Part shown: piece by piece, positions 1-9,887 of the stretch
How positions within the stretch are numbered: position 1 is the stretch's first letter
How the letters are laid out: each line of letters opens with the position of its first letter
Source: Campylobacterales bacterium
Lineage (GTDB): Bacteria > Campylobacterota > Campylobacteria > Campylobacterales > Sulfurimonadaceae
Assembly (NCBI GenBank): GCA_038205935.1
Contig: JBBRBK010000005.1
Coordinates: 1 to 64,000, forward strand
Reading direction: 5' to 3'
DNA length: 64,000 nucleotides
Program-made: the position numbers and the translations under genes
Notes under the pieces: generated by a model
Database searches by the model: none
What the model was told of the DNA's origin: nothing
Seen by the model: the letters and a program-made list of their open reading frames with translations, nothing else

Positions 1-393
1 CGCCGCTGTTGCAAGTGCCACACCATGCTGACCGGCACCCGTCTCTGCGATAACCTTTGTTTTTCCTAAATGTTTTGCGAGGATAACTTCCGCCATACAG
101 TGGTTGAGCTTATGTGCCCCGGTGTGGTTTAAATCCTCTCTTTTAAGATAGATCTTTGCGCCGCCACAATGCTCTGTCAGGTTTTTTGCAAAAGAGATAG
201 GAGTAGGTCGACCTTGATAGTGCTTGCGCACATATTTCAGCTCGTTTATAAATTCAGGTGAATTTTTGAGTTCTTTGTAGGCTTGTGTGATGTCGGCAAA
301 AGGTTTTTCCAAAACAGGAGGGATGAATGAACCCCCAAATTTACCAAAAAAACCGTTTTCGTCCGGATGTGTTTCTAAATAAGAATTTCCCAT
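1..393 (-). CDS. trpB: Tryptophan synthase beta chain, N-terminal part (runs off the window start)
   Basis: Not in the ORF track. Manual translation from ATG at 393: [25 protein letters not shown]...GRPTP...[17 protein letters not shown]...[17 protein letters not shown] (PLP lysine HK motif, GAGQHG). Confidence 0.95.
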   Translation of the reverse strand, partial: MGNSYLETHPDENGFFGKFGGSFIPPVLEKPFADITQAYKELKNSPEFINELKYVRKHYQGRPTPISFAKNLTEHCGGAKIYLKREDLNHTGAHKLNHCMAEVILAKHLGKTKVIAETGAGQHGVALATAA

Positions 394-592
394 ACAATAC
401 TTCCTTTTATTTTTATGAAAGTATTATACCGTTTAATTCGGTTTGATTGAAGGTAGGCTCACAGTGGTCTAAAAGTTTGAGATGGATATTTTGATAAAAC
501 TAGATAAATAAAAATAATTCTTACATTAAGGTTAAGTCATATACAATATAGCAGAACAACTATGTTCGATTAGTCTTAATAAAGGAGACATA

Positions 593-691
593 ATGGCAAA
601 AGGTAAAGACGTCAAAAAAGCAGTCAAGAAAGCACCAGCGAAATCGTTAAAAGAAAAACGTGAAGATAAAAAAACAAAAAAATCTTCATAA
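593..691 (+). CDS. Small lysine-rich protein, 32 aa (MAKGKDVKKAVKKAPAKSLKEKREDKKTKKSS)
   Basis: Strong SD AAAGGAG at 581-587, ATG 593, TAA 689-691. Below the ORF-track cutoff. Confidence 0.7.
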   Translation: MAKGKDVKKAVKKAPAKSLKEKREDKKTKKSS

Positions 692-807
692 GAAGATAAT
701 AAAGTTATAGAGTAATGTTTTTTGTGTAAATATAATTCTTATCTGTTGATACAGAATTATAAAAGGATTGATGCGTTATCATTTACTAAGGAAGGGGAAA
801 ACTGCCA

Positions 808-1209
808 ATGGATAATGAGCTTTTAACTGTTTTTGTCGGGATAATTGCCGTATGTATGATTCTTATCACAGTTATATTAGCTGTTGTTGGACTACAAACG
901 CTTAAGACCATAAAAAAAGTCCATGAGTTTATTGATAGTATTCATAATGAACTTAGCTTCCTTTCCACTAAAGTGGTATTAACTCTTCATGAAACGAATG
1001 AGTTGATCGGTTCACTAAAGACGGAAATGCACGCTTTGAGTGCAAAATCACTCTCGACATTATATGAATTACATGAAATGTTAGGTTACCTTCATGCACA
1101 AACAAAATCACTAGCATTGAAAGCTTCCAACGGCATTGCAAAAGTAACGTTTGGCTCACTCGCTATCGATGCTTTGTTCAAACTTTTTCAAAAAAATAAA
1201 ACCAAATAA
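808..1209 (+). CDS. DUF948/YoxC-like membrane-anchored coiled-coil protein
   Basis: N-terminal TM helix followed by an amphipathic helical region; sits upstream of a YtxH-like gene. Confidence 0.55.
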   Translation: MDNELLTVFVGIIAVCMILITVILAVVGLQTLKTIKKVHEFIDSIHNELSFLSTKVVLTLHETNELIGSLKTEMHALSAKSLSTLYELHEMLGYLHAQTKSLALKASNGIAKVTFGSLAIDALFKLFQKNKTK

Positions 1210-1220
1210 AAGGATACACA

Positions 1221-1532
1221 ATGGACAGAAATAACACTATAGGCTTGGTACTTGGAGCAATTATCGGCGGCGCGGCAACTTACTATGCATACAAACATAA
1301 AGATGATATCATCGGTAAAATCAATGAACTTGAAGAGAATTTACACTTTGATCATCACGAACTTATCAATGATGCTAAAGATAAACTTAACTCATTGACT
1401 CATAGTGTTCAATCAACTTTTGAGCGTTTCAAGGGCGATATTGAAGAGATTAAAGCTGATAAACTTGCTAGTATGATGGAAGAATTAGAAACACTTCGTG
1501 CAGAAATTAAAGCTCTTAAAGCTAGTAACTAA
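1221..1532 (+). CDS. YtxH-like protein
   Basis: GLVLGAIIGGAA glycine-rich TM followed by charged coiled coil; SD AAAGGA. Confidence 0.6.
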   Translation: MDRNNTIGLVLGAIIGGAATYYAYKHKDDIIGKINELEENLHFDHHELINDAKDKLNSLTHSVQSTFERFKGDIEEIKADKLASMMEELETLRAEIKALKASN

Positions 1533-2260
1533 AGCTTAAATGTTGCAACTATAGGATTGTGATCTGAGATCTTTTTAGCGTCAATAACTTTTGAAGCTAT
1601 AAGATTCAGACCTCTATAAAAGATATAATCCAGACAATTCGTAAAGACTTTTTTCTGTTTTGAGTTGTCGTTAAAGTAGACTTCAGTGAGAGACAGATCA
1701 TAAGTAAACTCCCTTAAAAAATCCATTCTTTTACCATTCCAAGTGTTAAAATCACCGGCAACTATCATAGGGCCTTTATGAGATTTGATTGTTAATCTTA
1801 TATTTTCCAGTTCAGTATAAAAATCACTATTTTTGACAAAGTTTATGGCATGTAGATTTACTATTACAAGCTCATCGTCTTCTGATATTTTGTGTTTTGT
1901 GATCAAAGTTACTTTGTGTGTTGCATATGAAAGTTCCCGTTTTTTTGTCAAAAGTGACAGTTCATATTCACAAGATATTTTAAACGCAGTTAAAACTCCA
2001 AAAATATGCTTATTTGTTTGAATATTTGGAGATAAAATATATGAATAATCGCAAAGTTTCAATTCTGTAGCTAAACTCTTTTTAACTTCCTGAAGAAGTA
2101 AAATATCCACACCATCATCTTCAATAATCGATTTTAAATACTCTTGATATGAACTTTTTAGTGTCAATTTCGCTACATTCCAACATAATATAGTAAAACT
2201 TTCATGACAAGATATTTCCTGATGTTTTAAAGATTTTATACAACTCAGAGGTTTATACAT
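1529..2260 (-). CDS. Endonuclease/exonuclease/phosphatase family protein (YafD-like)
   Basis: WNVAK, LLQEV, NLHAINF, GDFNTW, LDYIFYRG, SDHNP motifs. Confidence 0.9.
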   Translation of the reverse strand: MYKPLSCIKSLKHQEISCHESFTILCWNVAKLTLKSSYQEYLKSIIEDDGVDILLLQEVKKSLATELKLCDYSYILSPNIQTNKHIFGVLTAFKISCEYELSLLTKKRELSYATHKVTLITKHKISEDDELVIVNLHAINFVKNSDFYTELENIRLTIKSHKGPMIVAGDFNTWNGKRMDFLREFTYDLSLTEVYFNDNSKQKKVFTNCLDYIFYRGLNLIASKVIDAKKISDHNPIVATFKL

Positions 2261-2275
2261 TTTTTTCCTACTTAC

Positions 2276-3667
2276 TTAAAGTTGCGGAGCGATGATTCTC
2301 ATGAGATTTTCCAAAATTACTCTAGGAGTAGAGATCTTTGGCAAGCCGCCAGATGAGTGAAGAAGCAGTTTGTTCATCCACAACTCTATATCTGCTATAG
2401 TCTTGTGAGAGTACACAAAGACAGCTACTTCATAATTTAAAAAGAGACTTCTATTGTCCAAATTTACACTCCCAAGCATAACACTTGTATCATCAAAAAG
2501 GATTGCTTTAGCATGGAGCATTGCTCCATTGTAGAGTGCTACTTCGATGCCGACCTCTTGGAGTTCTCTCATATAAGAACTTCTTGTTAGATTGACCAAA
2601 ATATGATTTGAGTCTTTTGGTGTAATGAGCTTTACATCAACACCTTTATGCTTGGCAATAATAAGGGCTTCGATGATAGAATCATTTGGTATAAAATATG
2701 GAGTGACAATCCAAATACGTTCTTTAGCACTATAAATAGCACAAAGAAGAGCTTCATAAAGAACATCTTTACTCATATCAGGTCCCGATGGAACAACTTG
2801 TAAAAAAGTATCTCCAGCATTTACTGTACTGTTTTTTAGAAAACCGATCTTTTCCTGTGAGGCATAAAACCAGTCAGAAGCAAATATCTCAAAAAACAAT
2901 TCTGCTGAAGCACCCTCGCTTAAAAAAAACATATCTTTCCATCTTGCTTTATCCACGTTTGGTCCAAAATACTCATGTGAGATATTCATTCCTCCGCTGA
3001 GAACTTTTTTATTATCAAATATATAAATCTTTCTATGATTTCGAAGGTTGATATAGTTTCTAAACGGCATTTTAAAAACGGGCATAAAAAACTCGACTTT
3101 AACACCCGCTTTTCTCAAGTTTTTTAACTTATCTTGAAAAAGGTATAAACGTATAGACCCAAGAGAATCCATTAGTATTTTGATCTCTAAGCCCTCTTTA
3201 GCTTTTTGGATAAGCACTTCTATAATCTCTTTTGTTACCACATCGTACTCAAAAATATATGTACCTATGTAGATTGATTTTTTAGCATCTTTGATACAAC
3301 TCATAAGCTTTTCATAGGCTCCAACCGAGTCTGTAAAAAGTTCAAAATGCTCATCTCCAGTCGCATCGGCGATGCCATAGGTTTTTAAAATATCATGGAT
3401 GGGATTTTGCTTATGAAAACTTTGAGTACGTTTTTGAAGTGTTATGGGATTTTTTTTATATCTGTTTTCACGCTTTCTCAAACCAAATATAAGATAGAAA
3501 AATACGGCAATATAAGGCACCAATATCATAAACAACAGCCATGCAATAATACCCTCAGGTGTTCGTTTTTTATAGATCATATGGAGAAAAACTATAATAA
3601 TTAAAACACTGCTCACGACGATTAAACCATTGTATAAAACTATATTTGCAAAATTCATGCTCATCAT
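2276..3667 (-). CDS. cls: Cardiolipin synthase (PLD family)
   Basis: Two N-terminal TMs; two HKD motifs (RNHRKIYIFD, LHAKAILFD); TPYFIP, GSVNLDNRS. Confidence 0.9.
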   Translation of the reverse strand: MMSMNFANIVLYNGLIVVSSVLIIIVFLHMIYKKRTPEGIIAWLLFMILVPYIAVFFYLIFGLRKRENRYKKNPITLQKRTQSFHKQNPIHDILKTYGIADATGDEHFELFTDSVGAYEKLMSCIKDAKKSIYIGTYIFEYDVVTKEIIEVLIQKAKEGLEIKILMDSLGSIRLYLFQDKLKNLRKAGVKVEFFMPVFKMPFRNYINLRNHRKIYIFDNKKVLSGGMNISHEYFGPNVDKARWKDMFFLSEGASAELFFEIFASDWFYASQEKIGFLKNSTVNAGDTFLQVVPSGPDMSKDVLYEALLCAIYSAKERIWIVTPYFIPNDSIIEALIIAKHKGVDVKLITPKDSNHILVNLTRSSYMRELQEVGIEVALYNGAMLHAKAILFDDTSVMLGSVNLDNRSLFLNYEVAVFVYSHKTIADIELWMNKLLLHSSGGLPKISTPRVILENLMRIIAPQL

Positions 3668-3798
3668 TTACCCTCGTACACTGATTATATCATTGACAAG
3701 CTTTTATCTTTGGTATTGCTACTTTTTCTCTTTGGATATAAATCATTTTTTTATATGACCTCAGCTATAATTCTCTTGAAAATAAGGAATCCAAACAA

Positions 3799-4428
3799 AT
3801 GTCAAAAGAAACTGAAAAAATACCTACAAAAATATATTATGATCCGCACAGTGTTACAAGACGCACAAAACAGATAGTCCATGAAGTTGAGCAGCACGAC
3901 AAAATTGCTATGCTTATGCATATACTTAAAAACAGTTCTAACATGCAAACCGTCATCATCACAAAAAGTAAACGCAAAGCAGATGAGATAAGCACGTATC
4001 TCAAAACTCAAAATATCGACTCGACTGCGGTCCATGGAAACCATAGAGCCGATCAGTTAGAAATGGCAGCCAAAGCCTTTAATGAGGGGAAATCAAATAC
4101 TCTTATCACAACAGATATGATCTTGCAAACTCTCAATCTTACAAATATACAACAACTTATAAACTATGACCTCCCAAGTGATCAAAAGCACTATTTCAGC
4201 CGTGTTATTCTACTTAAAGAGCTAGGAGAAGCACTCTTGTTTGTAAGTCCTGATGAGCAAAACTATCTCGATGCCATAGAGTTTGTTCTAAAACAAGAAA
4301 TTCCAAAAACGCAAGTGAACGACTTTACGCCCTCTCCTCTTACATCTCTCAAGCAAGTCTCTAAAATGAAAGACCAAAAGAAAAAACCGCGCCACCGCAA
4401 AATAAAAGTGAAAAAAGAGACTAAATAG
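3799..4428 (+). CDS. Stand-alone, degenerate DEAD-box helicase C-terminal (RecA2) domain protein
   Basis: VHGN and LINYDLP retained; motif V is TTDMILQTLN and motif VI is YFSRV (degenerate); basic tail; no N-terminal ATPase domain; own SD AAGGA. Confidence 0.75.
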   Translation: MSKETEKIPTKIYYDPHSVTRRTKQIVHEVEQHDKIAMLMHILKNSSNMQTVIITKSKRKADEISTYLKTQNIDSTAVHGNHRADQLEMAAKAFNEGKSNTLITTDMILQTLNLTNIQQLINYDLPSDQKHYFSRVILLKELGEALLFVSPDEQNYLDAIEFVLKQEIPKTQVNDFTPSPLTSLKQVSKMKDQKKKPRHRKIKVKKETK

Positions 4429-4434
4429 TTAAAT

Positions 4435-5496
4435 TTAGCCCAAAAGTGGAAGTTTATTCAGTAGATTTTCACAATACTCCCACTGATCCAAACTCTCTTT
4501 CCACTCTTGTGGAATAGCTTTTACACCTTTATATGCTCCCAAAACCATCCCGATAGCGATGCTACGAGAAGCATTGTCTCCGCCGACCATGGTATTGGCT
4601 TGCAAAGCTTTTTTTAAGCCGTCCTCATCGTTTGCATATTTGAGTATAAAATAAACAGCGCCAGGAAGTGTTCCCTCAGTCGGACTTGCTTTTCCCACTT
4701 TGATAGGTTCAGAACGCCCTACATCCCAAAGTCTTGCCATACTTGTGATAGCGAGGTCATCTGCAAACTGTTCTTTGAAAAGTGCCGAGTTTTCATCCGT
4801 CGCTTCTTGAAACTTTGCAATTGCTTGTGCAACTTTTTCCTCATAAAATCCACCCATAAGAATAGCTACGTCTTCGATGGCATCTGCTGGAGTCGCACCA
4901 TTGATGACACGATGCGTCACACGAGCAAAAAACTCACCGCCGCCAAGCGCGTGCGTATTTTTATGTGTAAACATCGTTTTTCTTGCAACATCCACAAGCT
5001 CATCTTCTGTATCATAATAACCATGCGCGCTCACATGTCGGATGGCCATAGCGTTTGAGATACCGCCAAGATGCGTCACAGGATAGTTAGCCTTTACCTG
5101 AGCATAGGTTTCTTTTGTCATCGTACATATCCAAGAACCCCAGCCATTTTCAAGACGATTCATCCAGTGAGGTAACATGTCAGATACTTCAAAAGCTCTT
5201 TTTGGCTCAGAGATTGAAGCCAAATGCTCTAAAACTAAAATATTATAATCTCCATAATCCGTCGTGCCACCGGCTTTTTTGCCTGGATGATAGTTTCGCT
5301 CTCCCCAGCCGATGCCGTGAGTTTGTCCGCCCATCATCTCCCCTGGTGACATAAACTTTTCTATAGGTTTATCTCCATAAGCCTTAAAAATCTTTTGTGC
5401 GTCATACTCATAATGGCTTCCCAAACAAAGCGCATCTCCCACAATAGCACCAAAAAATGCACCTTTTATTCTCTCTTCTTTTGAAATAGTATTCAT
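4435..5496 (-). CDS. ADP-ribosylglycohydrolase family protein
   Basis: GAFFGAIVGDALCLG, TTDYGD, FTH, NTMVGGDNASR. Start moved to ATG 5496 (MNTISK), which has SD GAGGA. Confidence 0.8.
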   Translation of the reverse strand: MNTISKEERIKGAFFGAIVGDALCLGSHYEYDAQKIFKAYGDKPIEKFMSPGEMMGGQTHGIGWGERNYHPGKKAGGTTDYGDYNILVLEHLASISEPKRAFEVSDMLPHWMNRLENGWGSWICTMTKETYAQVKANYPVTHLGGISNAMAIRHVSAHGYYDTEDELVDVARKTMFTHKNTHALGGGEFFARVTHRVINGATPADAIEDVAILMGGFYEEKVAQAIAKFQEATDENSALFKEQFADDLAITSMARLWDVGRSEPIKVGKASPTEGTLPGAVYFILKYANDEDGLKKALQANTMVGGDNASRSIAIGMVLGAYKGVKAIPQEWKESLDQWEYCENLLNKLPLLG

Positions 5497-5684
5497 AATT
5501 TTATCCTCAATATTTTTTTGCATTGTAACTTTTGGAGTATTTAATAAAAGAGATAAATCCAAGAGCTCCCATTTGGCTTAGAAATATTTAAGAAGCGTAG
5601 AAAAACTCTTACATGTAAGGGTTTTTAAACCTCACCTAAAGCCAAAATAACATAAAATACGCATAATTAATTCAAGGAACTAAA

Positions 5685-6923
5685 ATGCCGTTTTCCAAAC
5701 TGGGACTTTCACCAAAAATAGAACTAGCAGTTGCTAAAAGCGGTTTTACTACTCCGACACCTATTCAAGAAAAAGTGATTCCTCTTGTACTTGACGCTCA
5801 AGATATTATGGCAAGAGCTCAGACGGGAAGTGGAAAGAGTGCCAGTTTTGTTCTACCTATCTTGGAGCTTTTATCTCGCAAACCTTATGAGGGAAAAGCG
5901 AAGATAAAGGTGCTTGTTCTCACGCCGACACGCGAACTCACTTTACAAATTGCCGAGGCGTTTAATACCTTTGGAGCTTTTTTAGATAAAAAACCAAAAG
6001 TCGTCGGCGTTATCGGTGGGGAGGGGATTGGCGATCAGCTTTTTGAGATACAAAAAGGGTGTGATATCTTAGTCGCCACATCAGGAAGATTTCTCGATAT
6101 CCTCTCTAAAAAGCAAATGAATCTTTCGCATTTGGAATTTTTTGTCCTTGATGAAGCAGATAAGATGCTTGATCTTGGATTTGCCGAAGAACTTGAACTC
6201 ATCCTTGAAGCCATTCCACAAAAACGCCAAAATCTCCTTTTTTCTGCGACGTATCCACAAAAGATGCTTTCCATCGCTTCAAGAATTACACAAAGCGCCG
6301 TAGAAGTCAGTATAGAAAATGAAGAGCCAACAGTACAAAATATCACTCAGCGCGCCATAGAAGTCAACCACGAAAACAGAGGTCCACTTCTACGCCATCT
6401 TCTAAATACCAATAAATGGGAACTCGTGCTTGTTTTTATGTCTAGCAAAAGAGCTGCTGAAAACATCGCTCAAAAGTTTAAAAAGCACGGATTTAAAGCA
6501 GAATCATTTCACGGTGATTTGGAACAAGAAGATAGAAATTACACCATTGACGCCTTTAAAGCAAAAAAACTCAATCTCCTTTTTGCCACCGATCTCGTGG
6601 CTCGTGGTCTTGATATAGAAAATATAGATTGTGTCATTAACTTTGACCTTCCACGCTCGCCAGCTGACTATATCCACCGCATCGGAAGAACTGCAAGAGC
6701 TGGAAAAAGTGGAACTGCCATCTCATTTGTGGGTCTTGAAGATGCTGAACACTTTCATTTAATAGAAAAACGCTCACAAATTAAACTTCGAAGAGAGCAG
6801 ATAGAAGGTTTTGAGCTTGTCGGAGAACTGGTAAAAAAAGAAAAAGGCCCCGCTCCAGTAAAAGGAAAAGGCAAAAGTAAAAAAGACAAGTTGAGAGAAA
6901 AAGCGGCACAAGAGGGAAAGTAG
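5685..6923 (+). CDS. DEAD-box RNA helicase (RhlE-like)
   Basis: Q motif PTPIQ, AQTGSGKS, PTREL, DEAD, SAT, ARGLD, HRIGRTAR. Confidence 0.95.
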   Translation: MPFSKLGLSPKIELAVAKSGFTTPTPIQEKVIPLVLDAQDIMARAQTGSGKSASFVLPILELLSRKPYEGKAKIKVLVLTPTRELTLQIAEAFNTFGAFLDKKPKVVGVIGGEGIGDQLFEIQKGCDILVATSGRFLDILSKKQMNLSHLEFFVLDEADKMLDLGFAEELELILEAIPQKRQNLLFSATYPQKMLSIASRITQSAVEVSIENEEPTVQNITQRAIEVNHENRGPLLRHLLNTNKWELVLVFMSSKRAAENIAQKFKKHGFKAESFHGDLEQEDRNYTIDAFKAKKLNLLFATDLVARGLDIENIDCVINFDLPRSPADYIHRIGRTARAGKSGTAISFVGLEDAEHFHLIEKRSQIKLRREQIEGFELVGELVKKEKGPAPVKGKGKSKKDKLREKAAQEGK

Positions 6924-7033
6924 AGCTCCGAATTTTCATTAAGCTTTTAAGCTAATTTCACACCCATCAAACAAAAATTCCAACTCGTCTGAGGGCTCTT
7001 TATAGAGAAGTGGACTATCTAAATCTATGTACT

Positions 7034-7690
7034 TTATAACATCTCACAAGGCGCTTCTTTAAAACCTTTAATATTCGCTCGTAATTCCTTCATAAAACGC
7101 ACTCCTGGATCACGCTTTTCGGTTCTATATGTTTTATCTACTTCAAGCCATAAAGCAGTTTTATCAAAACATTTATACTCTTGATGTCCCGCAACATATT
7201 CAATGGTACTAAATTTCTTTTTCAAGTAATTTACTAAAAAAATATTTGCTTGTAACTGCTGCGGAGTTAAATTATCTTTCTCCTTTTCTCCACCTACATT
7301 TTCAATGCCAATAGAGCTGTAGTTGAGTCCAATGACATGGCGTGCCATAAAATCAAGTGGCATCAATTGATGAATAGTTCCATTTTGTTCAACAAGGAAG
7401 TGAGTAGAGACATTTAACATGCCACCTTTTTTTATAAGAGGTCTATCTGAGGGAAGTTCACTTGACATAAAGCGCTTCAATGTTTTTTTATAGCTATCTA
7501 GCGCGGTGTAGTGAATAAGAATGATTTTAGGAACGATCTTGATATCTGTCACATTCAAATTATAGTGTGCTTTTATATACTCTTTTGTGAGAGCTATTCG
7601 TTCCTCATCAAAAGGAATGGGAGTTTGAATTATCTCAAAAGCGAAGAGCGTAAAGGGTGTTATTAAGAGCATAAAGAGGAATTTTTTCAT
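7034..7690 (-). CDS. Secreted N-acetylmuramoyl-L-alanine amidase (Amidase_2)
   Basis: Signal peptide; IHYTA, STHFLV, ARHVIGLNYSSIGIE, GHQE, RDPG. Confidence 0.85.
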   Translation of the reverse strand: MKKFLFMLLITPFTLFAFEIIQTPIPFDEERIALTKEYIKAHYNLNVTDIKIVPKIILIHYTALDSYKKTLKRFMSSELPSDRPLIKKGGMLNVSTHFLVEQNGTIHQLMPLDFMARHVIGLNYSSIGIENVGGEKEKDNLTPQQLQANIFLVNYLKKKFSTIEYVAGHQEYKCFDKTALWLEVDKTYRTEKRDPGVRFMKELRANIKGFKEAPCEML

Positions 7691-7869
7691 AAAAAAATTG
7701 TAGCATAGTTTAGAAAGTTTTCATTACAAATTGAGGTGTAATAGAAATTTAGATATTGGTTCAAAAACCAAGCAATTCAAAGCATCTTAATGATAAAATA
7801 AAAACCATATTATTTTCTAAGAAAAATTACACTATAACCCGACTAACACTTACAAACTAAGGGCAAAAA

Positions 7870-9138
7870 ATGCTTATACCAACAAATCTATTGCAAGACA
7901 AAAAAATTCTTTTAGGCGTCACTGGTTCTATCGCTATTTATAAGTCTCTCGAACTTATTCGTCTTCTTACAAAAGCGGGCGCAAACGTCAAAGTTGTGAT
8001 GACTGAAGCGGCGAAAAAGTTTATCACTCCTCTTACTTTTGAGACACTTTCTGGCAATAAAGTGCTTGATGAGCAGAGTGAATCTTGGGCGGACGATCAT
8101 AACCATATTAAAACAACTGAGTGGGCAGATCTTTTTGTCATCGCTCCAGCAAGCGCAAACACCATCGCAAAACTTGCAAACGCCATCGCTGATAATATGC
8201 TTCTTCAATGCGCCCTTGCCTATCCTGACAAGAAGATTGTAGCGCCCTCAGCAAACACAAATATGCTCAGCCATCCAATCACTCAAGCAAACCTCAAAAT
8301 GCTTGGCATTGCACATTATGAGATTATCAAGACTCAGACAAAAGAGCTTGCATGTAAGACTGTCGGTGATGGCGCTATGGCTGAACCGATCGAAGTTTTT
8401 TGGCATATCGCTAAAGAGCTGCTTAAAGAGGATTTTTGGGAAGATAGACGCGTTATCGTCACAGGTGGCTCAACGGCTGAAAAAATAGATGATGTGCGTT
8501 ATATCTCAAACTTTTCAAGCGGAAAAATGGCTTCGGCTTTGGCTACGGCACTTTTTTGTAAAGGCGCGGATGTAAACCTCATCGCTACAAAATTTGATAC
8601 TGATTTGCCACTTGCCATGCATAAAATCGATGTAGATTCAACAGAGGAGATGCTTGAGTTTGTCGTAGACTCTGTGCGTATCGCAAAAAAAGGAAAACTC
8701 TCTAAACCTTCACTCATCCTAGATAGACCAATAGAACTGATCCAAAAAGAGCCATATCTATTTATGGCGGCAGCTGTGAGCGACTATATTCCTGTATTTG
8801 CTCAAAGTGGCAAACTCAAAAAAGAGATGCTCGGCAAATCGTGGAATATAGAGATGAAACAAAATATCGATATATTAAAAACTATCAATAAAGATGGGAT
8901 TAAAGTTGTAGGGTTTAAAGCAGAGATGGACGCTCAAAACGCTAAAGAAAATGCAACTTCAATGCTAGAAAGAAAAGGTGTTGACGCGGTTTGCCTCAAT
9001 ATTTTAACAGACGATAAAAGCTTCGGAACTGATGATAATGAGGTAGAATTTATTACTCAAAATGGTTCAGCTTTACTTCCTAGAGCAGATAAACTTTCCC
9101 TCTCATTTGAGATACTTAAAAACGCAAAAGAGCTATGA
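7870..9138 (+). CDS. coaBC: Phosphopantothenoylcysteine decarboxylase/ligase
   Basis: GVTGSIAIYK, APASAN, PSANTNM, DDVRYISNFSSGKM, AAAVSDY, GFKAE. Confidence 0.95.
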   Translation: MLIPTNLLQDKKILLGVTGSIAIYKSLELIRLLTKAGANVKVVMTEAAKKFITPLTFETLSGNKVLDEQSESWADDHNHIKTTEWADLFVIAPASANTIAKLANAIADNMLLQCALAYPDKKIVAPSANTNMLSHPITQANLKMLGIAHYEIIKTQTKELACKTVGDGAMAEPIEVFWHIAKELLKEDFWEDRRVIVTGGSTAEKIDDVRYISNFSSGKMASALATALFCKGADVNLIATKFDTDLPLAMHKIDVDSTEEMLEFVVDSVRIAKKGKLSKPSLILDRPIELIQKEPYLFMAAAVSDYIPVFAQSGKLKKEMLGKSWNIEMKQNIDILKTINKDGIKVVGFKAEMDAQNAKENATSMLERKGVDAVCLNILTDDKSFGTDDNEVEFITQNGSALLPRADKLSLSFEILKNAKEL

Positions 9139-9887
9139 GCTTTTCCATTAGTGAACTTTCAAATATCTTAAAACTTACCTCAAGCTCTCCTTCTGAGGCA
9201 AAAGCACTTATAAAACTACTCAGTGTTGATGTTACAAAATCTTTGGGTGATGGGAAATATCTTCTTGAAACTCCAACAAAAAGCTTGACTGCTTTTTCTG
9301 ATAAACCTCTCCAAGAGAGCTCAAAATATTGGGTAGAACTGGGCACGAAGCCACATGAAACTCCCATAATCTCAAAATTTCACCAACAGCCTAAAATCCT
9401 CCAAGAACTTCAAAATCTGTCTATAAAATTTGATACAAAAGAGCTTCATGAACTTCTAAGCGGTAAAAAAACGATAGAGAGTTTTAAAACAACTCTTTTG
9501 GATCATCTCTCATCTGCCACGTCAAAAGATGATTTTACTCAAGTTTCAAATCTTCTTTTATCACTTATGCAAAATACTCTCACAATTCCACTTCTTTTTG
9601 GGCACTCTTTTGGGGTTATTCAAATGAAAAAACGCTACAATAAAACCACAAAAAAATCCCAGCTGGATTTTTACGCAGCCCTTCTAAAACTCGGTCCGAT
9701 ATCGGGAACTATTATGTTACTAGAAGATGAAATTTTTATAGATTTAGACGTGGCATTTACAACAACTAAACTTTTTTTGGAAGCAAATTTGAAAGATATC
9801 AGATACAAAATAACCTTACATGTAAGAGAAAATATAGACGCTCTTTATCAGTTTCACACAAACTCACTCTTGGATATCAACGCATGA
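9135..9887 (+). CDS. Hypothetical protein (weakly FliK C-terminal-like)
   Basis: Overlaps coaBC and uppS by ATGA junctions; C-terminal LKLGPI..I pattern. Confidence 0.5.
   Translation: MSFSISELSNILKLTSSSPSEAKALIKLLSVDVTKSLGDGKYLLETPTKSLTAFSDKPLQESSKYWVELGTKPHETPIISKFHQQPKILQELQNLSIKFDTKELHELLSGKKTIESFKTTLLDHLSSATSKDDFTQVSNLLLSLMQNTLTIPLLFGHSFGVIQMKKRYNKTTKKSQLDFYAALLKLGPISGTIMLLEDEIFIDLDVAFTTTKLFLEANLKDIRYKITLHVRENIDALYQFHTNSLLDINA

Noticed and set aside
394..592. trp attenuator or riboswitch upstream of trpB
   Set aside because: No Trp-codon leader peptide or convincing alternative hairpins seen.
8348..8357. One-mismatch motif copies (TTGCATGTAA at 8348, TTACATGAAA at 1069)
   Set aside because: Single-mismatch 10-mers are expected by chance in AT-rich DNA, so they were not counted.
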